A stretch of DNA of 64,000 bases. Origin: Vicugna vicugna. Its lineage: Eukaryota. The stretch's first letter is position 1, and each line of letters opens with the position of its first letter. This document shows positions 11,381 to 25,099 of this stretch, piece after piece. The notes under the pieces are model-generated. The model did no database searches and had not been told where the DNA came from. It saw nothing but the letters and a program-made list of their open reading frames with translations. The stretch covers positions 1,122,941 to 1,186,940 of the forward strand of contig MU058844.1 of assembly GCA_013265495.1 (NCBI GenBank), read 5' to 3'. The position numbers were made by a program, and so were the translations under genes.

Positions 11381-13145
11381 AACCTCTCCTACATTTTGTT
11401 ATTCACCAATTTAGCATATGGGTCTGCTTTCCTATGTCCCTTTTCTTTTTTTCTGGGTTTTCAGGGTATAGTTCTAAGAGAAAGGGGAAACCATCCTTTC
11501 TTAGATGATGCCCAGAGCTTTTCCACTCCTGTTCAGACAGCAACCATAGCTCCAGGTGGAAAGGGAACCTACTCACTGAGGAGGTTCTGATTTCTGCAGT
11601 CAGGGTATGTGGAGGAGGTAAGAAGGCTGCAGGCCCGTGGACAAAGGGGAAAGGAAGGGCATTCTCTCCTCTCCAAATGCCTCACGGGGCTCCAGTGCAA
11701 ATTAGTTGGAATAGCTATCTTGGAGCAGGTTGATGAAACTTTTTGACTAAGAATAGTTAAACCACAAATAACCTCCCCCACATCCCCAGCCACACTCATT
11801 CATGCATACACATACACAGAGTACACATGTGAATTTTTATATTTCAAGCACTAATCAGTTGAGATCTGTTGGCATTGTGGCTACTTTGAGCAGATGAATG
11901 AAAATCATTGCAACTTAAGTATTTAATAGTGTAGGACGTCTAACAGAACATTTTTCAGCTTTGGCTCCAGACCACCTTATAAAAAATTTTAGAATCATAC
12001 TCATGCAAGCGTAAACTATATGATGTTGGTTATTCGAGTGAAAAAAGATTGATTTTAGGAAGTATGCTAGAGAATGTTCATAGTGATGAAAGCAGTCTCT
12101 TCCTGTAGTAAAGATTGGAAGGCCACGTACTTATTCTGATCTTCTTGCCATGGCTAATCAAATTTTCTTTAAATATTTTAAAGAAACATTAATATTTTTT
12201 CCTAGTGATCTTGATTGGTAACAGATGGTTGCCTTTTGAAGACACATTTCATTTTTTTAGCAGTAAGAAATAATCAGGAGCTGAGTCTGTAGAAAAATAT
12301 GGGTGATTTAAAAAAGGTGATAAGGCTTTTCATGAAACACAGGGTGTGGCTATAATACTAAGAAGAAATTTAATTGTGTAAATTTATTCCTGTGAAGGCA
12401 ATTTCCATCAAAGCAAATACTACAATTACAAAAACTGCATAGATGTGTGACAAGATTGAATTTGTGGTCTCTTGATCTAACAGGTGGCTACTTGTTCTAA
12501 TGATAATTTTTTCCATGTTTGAATTCTCTTAAGCATATTTTTAAGACTCAAGTTTCAAATTTTATGGTCACATGATGTATGTAACTAAGCAATAGTTCTT
12601 TACATTCAAATTTAAGAATAGGAAAAGTTATGTTCTAAGATTATCTGATAAGAAGAAAAGTCAAATTAGGTCAGCATTTCTGGTTTGAGATAATTTTACA
12701 ATAAAACTATGCCCTTTTGTGTATCTTACTATAATCCTTTAAGGAGTACTCAGATGAGGTAAGAGTAATGCAGAGTTACTTGGAGCAGAAAGTAATTTAT
12801 GGAGTTCTCTTGGTAGCTTGATATATGAGTAGCAAGTCCTTTTTCATATTGCACAGAGGGGAAAATGAGCATACTTTAACTTTTCTAATAAAACTTTGTT
12901 GTTATTATTGCTACTAGATTTAAAATTTCAAAGAGATATCCTATAGTTTTGTATTCTAATTCTAATTGAAAAATTCGTATTTCGTGCTTGTTATTCCTGA
13001 GTTCAGTTTTGGAAAATGGTGATTGCTCCCAAATGACATGGCAGAGAGGAAAGCTCTGGGTTAGAAGTTGACAAAGGAGAGCAGAGTCCTTTCTATATGT
13101 TTGTTATTGCTAGACTTTTGAAAGAAAACCCTTTTTTTTTCTGGT

Positions 13146-13336
13146 TTTATTGAGATATAATTGACATACATCAGTACAGAAGTTTAAGGTGTACAGCATG
13201 ATGGTTTGATTTACATTTTTGTGAAATGATTACCATAAAGGTTTAAGTAAAACATCCATCATCTCATAGATACGATAAAAAAAATTTTTTTTCCTTGTAA
13301 TGAGATCCCTTAGGATCTTCTCTCTTAGCAACTTTC
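13146..13336 (-). mobile_element. L1 3' end fragment (L1MA-like)
   Basis: TTTTATTGAGATATAATTGACATAC..GTTTAAGGTGTACAGCATGATGGTTTGA..CTCTCTTAGCAACTTTC. Confidence 0.8.
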
Positions 13337-15474
13337 TTTTTCTGGGTTTTTTTTTTTTTAATTGCTTGATTTGTGATATTGAACAAGTTACCCTGTCTCT
13401 CTGGGCCTTAGTAATCACATCATTAAAATAAATAGAATAAACTACAAGATGTCAAATAGTTCTACTTAGTTCTAATATTTGATAACTTAGTGTTCCCTAA
13501 GTTAAAAATTGGGTGTTTTGTGGTTTTGATAACACTGATCTCTTAAGACTCTGGCTTACTTGGCATCAGGAGTTAAAGGAAAGAGCAAGCTCAGCAAATC
13601 CGTTTTGTTTTCCCTCACAGTTTGAGCTGGGAGAGGGGATAACCTACCCAAGCTATCACACCATCATTATTCTTATGGTGAGGCAACTTAACAACTAGTT
13701 TGCCTGTTTCCTGGTTGACATACCCAGGAATTATCATCATTACATGCTTCATGTATTGCTTAGTTGATGGACTGTAGTATTCTTGGAGTGGAAAATTTTG
13801 CAATACTCCCTTTCTTTTGATAGTTTTAAACCGTAGAACCACTATGAACAAATCAACTCTTTTTCGTATGTATTCATAATTGACTTTGAATTCTCATGCA
13901 GATCAATCTGATTGTAACCATTCTACATTGGACTAGGGCAATTCAGAACAGAGAGAAAGTAGTTCAGCATATTCATGGTCATGAAATTGTAAACCATCTA
14001 CAGTTTTTTGTTAGGTTACAAAAATATTGTACATAAAGCTCTTTTAGAAATTCCTAAGTTTCAACTCCTCATCCAGGGCTCTTTGCACTATATCACAAAA
14101 CTACAAAAATAAGCAAAATATTTTCTGAGAGTAACTCAGTCTAACTCCTCAGATTACCAGAAAGCCTTTGCAAATTCAGACATCATGGCACATAAATCTA
14201 ACTGCTCCTATTCCTGGTTTTAAATGGGTTTCATAGGGACTAAACACCGGGGTATCTGAATTATGTACATATCAATACTCAGCTTCCAGAAAGTGACTTG
14301 AATGATTAAATAGTAAATGTAGCTTTGCACACACAGCTTTTATTGAACATTTTTAAAAAAACTTCCCACATTTAGGGGATAGACAATATTGCTTGACAGT
14401 AGTGAACAATAATTGGTAATGTACACCACAGTTCACATTCAGGAATATTGCTGTGTGTAGGAGGGTGTTTAACTGGAATTGACCTTGGGATAGAAAGTTC
14501 ATGGCAAAAAGGCTCTTCAGTAAGATAATCTGTACTTGTAAACTGCAAGGTTCTACCTGAAGAATTTATGGTCATAGCCAGCACTCAAGGAAAGCTTATG
14601 AAACTGAATTGAAGTTGTTCATGGCCAGTCAACCTTGGGGGAAATGGGAATACACTTGGGCATACTTAAAAGAAAATGTCAAAACCTCTCAAATTTCAAG
14701 TGGTTTTTAGAGGATTTTTCAAGCTTTAGAGGTTTAGGGTTAAGCCAGTTCTTGCAATGTTTCGGAATTATAAACTGAACTCCTAGAAATAAATGTATAT
14801 TTAATCTTCTGCTTTCAATAGGGATATATCTATCATTCCGTATGTCTACACCTATTTATGTTTATCACCTTTTATCTTCCGAAGATGGCCATGAGTAGAT
14901 TTGAGGCACAGACAAGGAAGAAAGATAGAGAAGGAAAAGGAGCAGGAATGGGAGGAAATAGAGGAGTAGGGGGGGAAGAAGGAATGTTGAGCAAGAACTT
15001 AGCCAAATTTTATAAACAATTCCTGTCCTGAATAAGTTTCTTTTTATTTAGATGTTACTATTAAAAATGATATTATGATGAGCTTGGACTGCTTTTTTTA
15101 GTATAAATCAGCAGATAAAGATCTACTTTTTTTTCATTGATTTTCCTTCCCAGGAAAGGAACCCCTCATCTAGTTGTCAGGAATCTATTGTCAGTGTTCT
15201 ATATCTAAAATGGAATCCTCCTGGATTTCCATTAGAGAGCCACAGGGCAAGCTGGCTTCCACATCTTTCATGTCAGTGAATGCAGAAGTTAGTCCATTGG
15301 CTCTAATGGTTGAGAATTCCACTTTCTCTCTCATGACTGCCTTTGTACCTTCCTGAAGCTGTGTACTTGGATAAAAATGATAGATGACCCACCCAAATAG
15401 AAATGCTCATTCTTTCATTAGGTTTATAGCTCTCTAAATTTGAATTGAACTATACATAGTTTTCGTTAAAGAAA

Positions 15475-15810
15475 GTTTATCAGTCATCCTTTGCCGGGTA
15501 ATGCTGTGGTAACAAATAACCCAAAATTTTAGTGCCTTACAAGAGTAAAAGCTAATGTTTCGCTCATGTTACGTGGTGGCTGTAAGTCAATCATAGCTCT
15601 GTCCCTCATCCTCTTCACCTTGAAATCCAGGTTGATAGAGCCTCATTTGAGTACATGATGGGCCTTGTGTCGGAGAGGAAAGAGAGAGAGGTGGTGGAAC
15701 CTAACAACTACTCTCAAAGCTTCTGCACATGTCACTTCCACTGCTATGTCATTTGCCAGAGGAAATCACATGGCTGAGTCTTATAGGAATGTAAAATCCT
15801 CCCACATGGA
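15475..15810 (-). mobile_element. Old MaLR LTR (MLT1J/K-like)
   Basis: ATGCTGTGGTAACAAATAACCCAAAATTTTAGTGCCTTACAA..TGTCACTTCCACT..AATCACATGGCT. Confidence 0.6.
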
Positions 15811-15927
15811 GACACATCCTTAAAATCATACCATACACTGACTTGGTTATTCTATTCACTTCTCAGAATGAAAAAATAATTTGATTTCTAGACCTTGTAT
15901 CACTTAGCTTTTTCTTTCTCACAGGCA

Positions 15928-16570
15928 ACATTCATTCATTCATCCTTTCAAAAAATATTGAATGCTCCTTATGGTCCACGCACTAAGCCAGGTGCTGAGT
16001 TGTGGCAACAGGTGGTCAGTTTCTGCCCTCATGGACCTTACTTTTTAAGGGGAGTGACCCAGACAAATCAAGTAATCACACATAGTTATAAACCATGATA
16101 GTCACTAAGAAGAAAACTTACAGAGTACTCTAAGAACATATAGGAGACCTGACTTACTTTATGTCTCTGTGAAGACTCCTTTGAGGAAACAACAGTTGAG
16201 CTGAGAGCTGAAGGGAGAGTGGCAGTTAACTATATAAAGGACGAAGGGAAAATAATTCAAAGAAGCTGCAAAAGCATATGCAAAGTTCCCAAGGTGTGAG
16301 GAAGGGAAAGAAAGGTTGGGAGGGAGTTCAAAAAGCAAAGCAGCACACAATGTGAGAAGCAGATAGGGTAAGTTTACTCAGGGCTTGTACGCCATGTTAA
16401 GGGTTTGGTCTTTATCCACTGAAAGGTCTTTAGAGGGAAGTGATATGAAAAATTAGAATTTTTAGATGTTGCTCTGGTTGGCATGTGAAATGGATTAGAG
16501 AGTGGCAAATGGATGGCAGGATAGCAACATGAAGTCTTTTGCAAGAGTAGAGATAGGAATTTCTGCTCAG
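15928..16570 (-). mobile_element. L2 LINE 3' region
   Basis: CATTCATTCATTCAT..ATATTGAATGCTCCTTATGG..GCCAGGTGCTG antisense L2 tail, followed by an L2-like purine-rich body. Confidence 0.75.
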
Positions 16571-16939
16571 TGCACAACTGGCATCTAAAAGTTGGATGGC
16601 ATACTGCTGATATTCTGGCTCTCTTAGTCCTAACATTTAAATTAAAAAAATCAATCTAGCAGGAAAAAAAATCTAAATTGGCCTCTGGTTCATGATTCAC
16701 AGCACTATTCAAAATATAACTCAAGCCAAATAATCTCAATTATACCAAGAGTATAGATCTCTGACCCTCTAATAACTTCAATGATGGGCTTCAGGGAATC
16801 CATGAAGCTCCTGAAATTCCATGAAAATTGTGTTTGATTATGCATATTTGTTATTCTTGGGAGATAGTCCATAACCACAGGTTTACTACTTGGTGGAGGG
16901 GTGGGCATGAATCTGATAAAATTTATGGGCTATGCCTTT

Positions 16940-17160
16940 CCTATAATCTTCCCACCTTCTCCAATGACCTTGGAGGCCACGTTTTGAAACTGGCAATATC
17001 ACAGGATGAAAGAATCCTTGATTACTGAGTCATGGAGGCAGCCAGGAGAGCTATTCACTGTGAAAACCTGCATTGGATTTTGGTGCTTAAGAAATAAATT
17101 TTTATTATCTTATGCAATTGAGATTTAGGGTTATTTGTTACAGCAGTCAGTCTACCCTGG
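16940..17160 (+). mobile_element. MLT1 LTR 3' fragment
   Basis: AGAAATAAATTTTTATTATCTTATGCAATTGAGATTTAGGGTTATTTGTTACAGCAG. Confidence 0.6.
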
Positions 17161-17505
17161 CATACAAAAACAACATCTCATGTAGGAAGATACGGCAAAA
17201 TGGATGTGTTGGCTGGGGAAAAGTTCTTTTTGGATTTCTTCCTAGAACCAAGAAATAATGCTGCCTTGCAGGCCATGGTTTCTTGGTGTCATTTTGCAAT
17301 ATGTAAGTTATTGCTGAGCTCAGATTTCTTACAAATCCAGTCCTTGGTTGCATGAAAGGATGATTACCACAGATAGCTAATGTAAATAGCTTTTAACTAC
17401 ATGAGAAAAATTTTAGTAAGGTGAAAAAGAGACACGTTTTAAAAAATGGGGAGAGATATTAATTAATTCATTGAACAAATATTTGTTTATTGAGTTTCTT
17501 TAGTG

Positions 17506-18065
17506 TGCTTTAAAATGTACCCAGGATTTTGTCTTAGATGTGTTAAGGTAACAGACACAGAAACAACTGTTTTTGGAAAAAAAGAGCTTTTTGCTTACAG
17601 TTCCCAGGAAGAAGAGATACACCAAGCAAAGCAGGGCTACGTGGAGAAACAGCAGAATTGGTCAGGAGGCAGAAGGAGTGAGGGGGAAGTATGACAATAG
17701 ACCTTACTTTGGTTTTTGTGGGAAAGAATGGGCAAGCAGGGGCAGCAGCCGAGCAGGCTTAGGATGAAACAGTTAGAATAATTCTGGCAGGCTCTGGGCT
17801 ATGGAAGTGATTTGATAGTTGTCCAGTATCTGACTCTGGGGGTGACTGAGGACAGGCAGATAGTGTCCCAGATTGCAGGTGTCTGATAAAAGGGTGGGAG
17901 TATGGACTCAGGATGGGTTGGTTTGTGTATAAAAGGTGTGCTTGCAGGCAAATGGTTTCATACCTCTAGCAATTAGCTAATCCTGGGATGAGCAGTTCCT
18001 CCTCAGTCCAAAAGGTCCCTAGAAGCATCATGAAATACAGAAAATTTAAAAGCATGATTAATGTA
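17506..18065 (-). mobile_element. ERVL LTR, MER74-like, inserted in an L2 tail
   Basis: Termini TGCTTTAAAATGTACCCAGGATTT and CATGATTAATGTA. 5-bp TSD TAGTG/TAATG (17501-17505, 18066-18070). Flanks rejoin as an antisense L2 tail. Confidence 0.7.
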
Positions 18066-19399
18066 TAATGTACCAGACATATTTTAAGAAGTAAGTCACC
18101 AGGGTTTATGTAAATCAAATTAACTAAATAATTAAAGGGACACAGACTTACTAACATTCAACGGACATGGTTAGTGTCTCATTACTCCACACCATGGAAG
18201 TCATTTTGACCACTACACATTCCTACCAAAATTACTCACTCAAATAAATACATCCAGTTGTTTAAGACTAAAATAAATTTGTAGGTATTTCAAATTACTA
18301 AAAGGAGGTTCTCACAGAATTGTCTAAGTACTTCAGGGTTCAAATCAGAGTTTATATTGAAACATGAACTCAAAGTATGCAGAGACTACATTGGTTCTGG
18401 AAGAGAGATACAATCCCCCTTAACAAATACCTGTAACTTCCAACCTCCCCCAACCCCTTTCAAGAACAACATTCTAGGCTATAGTCCAATATCTAAAACT
18501 TTTCAAGGACTCTCCATTGCTTATTACCAACATTTTCCAACTTTAGTCATTCATAGACCACCCTATCAATTTTTGCTATATCTGTGTAATACCTTCTTTT
18601 GTATTTTCTTAATTTTCACTATAAGTCAACTCACTATGGTATTATCTATGTTCACTTCATCTTAAGCAGTTTCTGTATTTACATAATTTCTGATTTAATG
18701 TGATCATTACATATTTTTTTCTAACTTGTATAAAAATAAATACAAAACTAGTAAAAATCTTTAAAATATTGTTTGTATACCATGGAACAACACATCAATA
18801 ACTGCCAGTGGTGCCCATGCCATCCCGTGGGAAATCCCAGCTGAGAGGTGGTGTTCAGTCCACTGAGGGCACTTCCCAAGGCTCCTCACTATGGGGGCCC
18901 TGACTCCCTCTTTTCTACCATCCTCTTCAATCTTCTGCGCACCAGTCATGATGACTGACCTTAACTCCATGACTGTGCTATACTTTGTCTTGCTTCCATG
19001 CCTGCCTGAACAGGTTCTGTGCCTTTAATGCTGCCCTCCCCAACCTCAGATAGGCTCTTAGGCTGCTTCTAAAAATCCCCCATAGCTTTGTGGAAAGGCT
19101 TTTCTCCAGGCTCTTCTTCCTAATCCAGCCCCAAACCTGTGCTGCCTCCAGTTCCTGGTTTGCTACTGATGATTTTTGCCTTCCTATGGTCCCATTGGGA
19201 TCATCTGTGGGCTTCTTTTCCTCTGGGTTTAATTCTACCTTTATTCCTGAATGCTGCCATTGGGGACTCTCTGGTTTCAAACTCTGAAGTCCCTAGGCCA
19301 ATCCTATCCCATTTCACTCAGTTTTTCATTCTAGGTTCCCAGAACCTAAATCAGAGTACACCATTGCAGACTTTTCCCCTCACCCAAGGGGAAAACAAG

Positions 19400-19720
19400 G
19401 TTTTCCATGGCTGTTCCCTCTGCCTGGAATGCTCTTCCTCTCCTTGGTCTTCTGGTATGCTCCTAGTTGGCTCAAAAAACTCAGTTCCAATATCACCATT
19501 TCCTGGGTGCCTTCTTGCCCTCCTGAGGCAGAGATCTTTTTCCTGTTCTTTTGTCTCATTGAACTTATTATAATGACTGTAATTATTGGTCTAAATATCT
19601 GTCTCTTCCTGCTTGTTTGAGGGCAGGGAATATATTTTAGTTATTTTGTTTCCCCAGCAGTTAACACAAGGCATAGTACTTAGACAGTGCTTATTAAATG
19701 ATGTTATTGAATGCATGATT
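19400..19720 (+). mobile_element. L2 LINE 3' end
   Basis: GCTGTTCCCTCTGCCTGGAATGCTCTTCC..TTGAGGGCAGGGA..TAAATGATGTTATTGAATG. Confidence 0.7.
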
Positions 19721-20367
19721 AAATTAATAAACTGGAAATATTAACTAATATGTACTTTGTAATAGAGTTTTTAGATTTAATTCTTGAATATGATACAGAA
19801 ATGGAAAGAGAGGTGCTTCTACAATAAAATGATATGAAGAACCATTGTCATTGAGCCCCCTTGCCTCCTATTCCCCAGTCCCCACACTCCCACCCCCAAC
19901 TCCTACCCCTTCTCCTGGGCACTGGAGGCCCATGGGATAGCAAGGACTTTTACTTACAAGATGGAGCAGGAAGTGGCCTGTGAACCAGGGGTGAGATGTC
20001 ACATTCACGCCCAACCCCAGAGATTCACTAAACTAAGTCTTGTGAAGAATTTTGTTAGAGCTAAATATTAGGAAAAACACTGGATTATTACACAGTACAT
20101 TTTTCCCTAGTTTAAGCTAAAGGGAAAAAAAGTGAAAAGAGGGGGAAAAGCCAAAATTAAACAAGCCAGCTGGTTTAACTTCTCTTTTTACATATTTTCC
20201 TTTGCAATCCTCTCTTAGTCATAAAGTCTTTCTCAACCACTTCACGGCTTTTCATTTGGCTGAAATTTTTTCAGCTTTTTCTACATCCAAAAAAAAAAGT
20301 GCAGAATGAAAGGTTGAGTATACTGTGACTTTATTCTCCCTCTCCTCTATCCTTCCCCTCCCACTGA

Positions 20368-20398
20368 GACACACACACACACACCATACACACACATA
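20368..20398. repeat. (CA)n microsatellite, interrupted
   Basis: Direct reading. Confidence 0.85.
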
Positions 20399-23300
20399 CT
20401 ATCCAACCGTGCCTGTTTAAAACCAGTTTCTGATAACAGTTACCCAGAAACAGGATCTCTGCTCTTTTTGAGAAACAAAGCCCATCTTTCTTGAGGTGCA
20501 AAGAATATTAGATGTTACTCCTCACTCCCTCCTGCCTGCCAGTGTCACACATTCCACTCCCCAGTCTACTTGCAGGCACGGCTTCGGAAGGAGCAAGATG
20601 AACAGCTGCTGAGCCACAATAGTTCCTTACAGAGCCAGTAAATAGACAAGGCCTAAGTTTCTTGACCTTCTCCACCTTTGCTCTCTGCTCAGAATGAGTG
20701 TTTTGATTCCGGGCTATGAGGGGCTATGAAGGAGGATAAGGGAGGCTCCTTTTTCACTTTGCCTTCCCTGTCCTTAAAAATAAAAGAGAGGCGTGTTCAT
20801 TGGGAAATTTTGCTTAGTAATTTTGTTCCCAGTCTTAAAATACAACCAAAAAAAAAAAAAAACCGCCCAAAAAGAATGTTGTGTGGCGTGTGTCACACGC
20901 ATGCACGTGTGTGTGTGTGTCTGTGTTTCACATTCCATCTTGAGGGGAGTTGCTCCACAAAAGACACCACTCTTTCCTTCAGAGGCTGGGTGATTTGCTC
21001 AGTGGAGGAGAATCTCACTGGTATTTTTCCAGCAGGTCACTGCAGTTGGACACGCTGGCCAGCGAGAGGGACTTTGAACACTGGTAGCAATTCAGCGTTT
21101 CCAAGTGGGTGAAGATAACGTTAGCTCCTTCAAAGAAGCAAGTCGGAATCCATATGCTCTGTTCAGCTCTCAGACAAGGACCACCCAATAATGCCTTTCA
21201 TGGTGTGATAAAGGGGCGTTTCTTTCTACAAACTCTTCTTACTGGGCTGGGAACGTTTCATTTGTGTGGAGTGCCAGTGTAAGCCTGGCTTGGTGGCTGC
21301 GAGCTGCATTTTGGAAGTGCCGGTCACCCCAATCCATTGCCATACGAGCTTCCAACAGAGCAGCCTGATGCAGTGGATCCTTTCTTTTTTGAAAAAGTCA
21401 GCGCGTGAGAAGTAAATCAAAGCTGTGAGCCTTGCTTGCAAGGATGCCTCTGTGCAGAGAGCTCAAAGGAGATGCTGCTCACCCTCGCCCCTCACTAACA
21501 AAAGACCCACTAATCCTGATTCCCTTACACAAAAACAAAGTGTAAAACCAGCCTGGGGACTGGAAATAAAATGAATGCTGTGGGAGCAGCTGGCACATTA
21601 ATGCCCCCGAAAGCACTGGCTGGCACCTCACCCTGAAACCCAATCACGCTGTCTCTGTGGGGACTGGGGTGGGACTTAGTTTTGCTACAACACAATGAAG
21701 TATATTTTTAACAAATAAACACGATTTTGGCAGAATGTAGGCATTGTTAGCCGGTAAATGCTTTACACACTCGCTGTAACTCTGTACCTCTTCTGTTCTC
21801 AGCCACCGGCCCCCCAGGAGTAAAAGCTGGAGAAAGAAGTGAATGCCCACAAATGCATTAAATCAGAAAACAATGGCTGTGCCCTCACTTTACAATCAAA
21901 TACCACTTCTTCTGATGAGCCATTGTCTAAACCACCCTCGGTAATTTTATTTGCATTTTCTGAAGGCTGAAATCTTGCCTTACAGTTAGCAAGGTTTGTG
22001 TTTGATCACTGTTTTCTGAATTCTGTCTTTTGTCGGCTTCACTTTTTCTCAAAGTAAACCCAGCCCAGACTTCTGGGAAATCTAAGTACCAAATCTTCAA
22101 GGCAGGTTAGATAAAGAGTTATGTTTAGAAAGGTATGTAGTTTTATTTGATTGTCTTGGTGTCAATGTCTGCTGATTCTGGGATTGACGATGAACAAGGT
22201 TGAGAACCACAGCCAGCTTTTCCTAGTATGTCAGCCATGTCCCATGCTGGGAATTCACAACTGCTGTATGGTGGCTTGGGGGAGATTTATTAGGAAAGAG
22301 TAAGTTTTAGTTAATTCCAACAGCTCAGTGAAGTCACGTGCAATTCATCCAAGAGTCCAGGTATTTCCTCCAAGGGAGGGAGAACTGTGAGGGAAAAGTG
22401 AGAGGAGTATGTTGAAAAAAAGACTCATGGAAGAGAAAGAACATTCACTTGGGATTCAGGCTGCAAACAGAGAAAATCCCAGAGAAAGGAGCCCTTCTCT
22501 TTTTCTGAATGCTGCTCCCAGCTCCCCATGGCTCAAGGCCTCTCATAATTGGAGTGCTTCCCGGGGCTGCTGAGTGTGATCACACTTAATTTCAAGTAGC
22601 AAAGTCCATTTCAACCCATATTTTCACACTGACAGAGTGAATCTGAATAATAGCTATATTGAGGCTGGTTTTTAGATGACTTGCCTGGCCAATATGAATG
22701 TTACTTTTTAAAAAGACAATGTGTTTAATAGTTTAGAAACATCCTTTAGTTGATCCCAGAATGACCTCAGGAATCCTGTCAAGTGCAGCTCTTTGAATAT
22801 GCTGGTCCAAAAGGAAGATTGTCTTCCAGTGTTCCCTCCCAGATTTAGCTTACTCTGTCTCTAGTGGGATTTTCACCCTGGCCCAGCCTAAGGCCCATCA
22901 AAACCTCTGCCTTCTCTTCAATTCCCTGATACCTTGGCTTCAGAGTCTAACTTAATTTTCTTTGTCTTCCTAGTATCTGACCAACCTTTCTCTGTATTTC
23001 ATTGGTTTTGTTTCCTTTTCCAGGTCTCTCAATTGGAATCATTTCCCAAGGTTTGGTTTCTGGTTGTGTCATAGGATGCTTGTGCCCAGTGAAGCCTGGC
23101 TTTTCAGGGACCCAAAATGGCACAGCAGTTCCTGATTTCATGCCAAGACAGACAGAACAACTTCTAGAGGGAAACAAGAGGCCATCTCCTCTCAGGCCTC
23201 CTAAGGAGCTTCCTAATGGGATTGTCAAATCTCCTTGCCTAGATTTGTATCCCATGCACATTCCAAACAGAGATGGGAAAGACCATCATTGGCTTAGACT

Positions 23301-23439
23301 AACGAGGATCCACCTTCTAGATCCAGGTACAACTTTGTGCAAAGCTCACGACTGAGAAGAGGTAGGGTGATAACGGAACCAAATAAGAATTCAGTTAGGA
23401 AGGTCGAAGTGGGGAAATGGTGTTTGGGAGACAACAGTG

Positions 23440-24300
23440 GCTACCACACTGCTTTTCTTCATCTTTCCTTGGAAACTCATGGGCTCTCAGATTTTAATAA
23501 CCTCAATGCAGATGAATATCTTCATAAACTTTGGCCAGGATGCCTCCTGATTTCCAGTTACACATTCACATTCAAAGTTGTGACCTGTAGGATGTGAGGG
23601 CAATCTGGCTGCGACATCTGTCACCCCTTTGATTGCCAGGGTTGATTCAGCTGATCTGGCTGGCTAGGTGGGTGTCCCCTTCCTTCCTCACCACTCCATT
23701 TGCATCCCTCCTGAAGCTGCGTGCTCAGTCGAAGAAGACAACCATCCCCAATAGAGGAGGACTGTATTTCTCTGTCAAGGGTATACAAGTAGCTGTGCTC
23801 CCCTGCTAGAACCTCCAAACAAGCTCCCAACAAAGGTGTGACCTGTATTCTAACTATGTAGTTGAAGTTCAACTTCCCTTTCTTCTTACCTACTTCCCTC
23901 ATACTCCATCCTCTTGACCTCCCAATCTCTGTTTATGGTGGCACCATTCTCTTTACCATGTAGGCTTTGTCTTCATTACCCCCCTTCCCCCAGTCTACAG
24001 TCACTTAGTCACCAAGTCTCGTTGATTCTTCTTTGGGGGGACTTCTCTCATTCCTCTCTTTATTTCCATGCACCTAGACCAGCTGCTTGACGGGTCTCTT
24101 TTATTTTAGTCTCTTCATGTAGTAAAAAGATATCATATACGTCTTCTAAACCAACATTTCAGTCATATCATCCCTCTACTAAAAAAGATCTTTATTCCTA
24201 TTATCTAAGATTTAACACAAACTTCTTAGCCTCATATTCAAATTGGCCTTCCTCAACCGCATTCCAATCTTCCTTTTCAGCTATTTCTATTACTACTTCT
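23440..24300 (+). mobile_element. Degraded L2, interrupted by the 7SK copy
   Basis: L2-like phrases on both sides: ATGCAGATGA..TCCAG, ATGGTGGCACCATTCTC, AGTCACCAAGTC, TCATATCATCCCTCTACT. Confidence 0.5.
23590..23830 (+). pseudogene. RN7SK: 7SK snRNA retropseudogene, 3'-truncated, no poly(A)
   Basis: Starts at the 7SK 5' end GGATGTGAGGGCAATCTGGCTGCGACATCTGTCACCCC and is colinear to CCTGCTAGAACCTCCAAACAAGCTC(C)CAA. Many CpG-to-TpG/CpA changes. 17-bp TSD CAAAG[T/G]TGTGACCTGTA at 23573-23589 and 23831-23847. Confidence 0.95.
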
Positions 24301-24577
24301 ATATATGAACCCCTCATCAACCATAAAGTTCCTCTCATAGTCTCTCTAAACACATCTTGTACTTAGAAAGAGATGAGGTAGATTTGACTTCAGAGCTTGC
24401 CACTTGCTAGCTGTAAGTCTTTGGGCACACTACCTCACTTTTAGGAGACTCAGATTTTTAATCTATAAAATGATGTTTAGGTGAGGCATAAGTAAGAATA
24501 AGAATATTCTTTGACTGTTTACTACTTTGGCATATTTAATGGGAAATATTATCTCTGTACTCAAGTATATTGGTCAA

Positions 24578-25099
24578 TGCATTAATTATCTATTGCTGCA
24601 TAACAAAGTACCTCAAAAACTTAATGGCTGAAAATAGTATTTATTGCAAAGTTTCTATAGGCCAAAGACCTGGATGTGGCTTTTGACTCAAGATTTTTTA
24701 ATGAGGTTTCACTCAAGTTGTTGGCAGGGACTGAGATCTCATCTAAAGTCTCAGCTGGGTTGGAACACCTACTTCCAAGCTCACTCATGTGACAGATGCC
24801 AACCCTGGGCAGGTCTTGATCCCTCAGCACTTAAGCCTCTACACAGGGCTGTCTCACAACATGGCAATGGCTTTCTCTAGGTGACTAATCTAAGAGTAAG
24901 CATGAGAGTACACCCAAGATGAAGGCCACATTTTTAAAAAATAACCTAATTTCAAAAGTGACATTCTGTCACTTATGCTACAATTTATTCATTAGAAATG
25001 AACCAAGAAGTCCAGCCCATACTCAAAGGGAGGAAATTATACAAGGGCTTGAATACCAGTAGGTAGGTGTCACTGGCAGCCATCTTAGAGGGTACCACA
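24578..25099 (-). mobile_element. MaLR solo LTR (MLT1E/F-like)
   Basis: TGCATTAATTATCTATTGCTGCATAACAAA ... TACCACA termini. Perfect 5-bp TSD GTCAA (24573-24577, 25100-25104). Confidence 0.8.

Noticed and set aside
11930..12380. Possible Tc1/mariner-type remnant
   Set aside because: Only a vague resemblance; I could not establish terminal repeats or a transposase motif.
23590..23830. Functional 7SK gene
   Set aside because: Lacks the 3' ~90 nt and terminator, is CpG-decayed, is flanked by a TSD and lies in an L2 rather than behind a PSE/TATA promoter.
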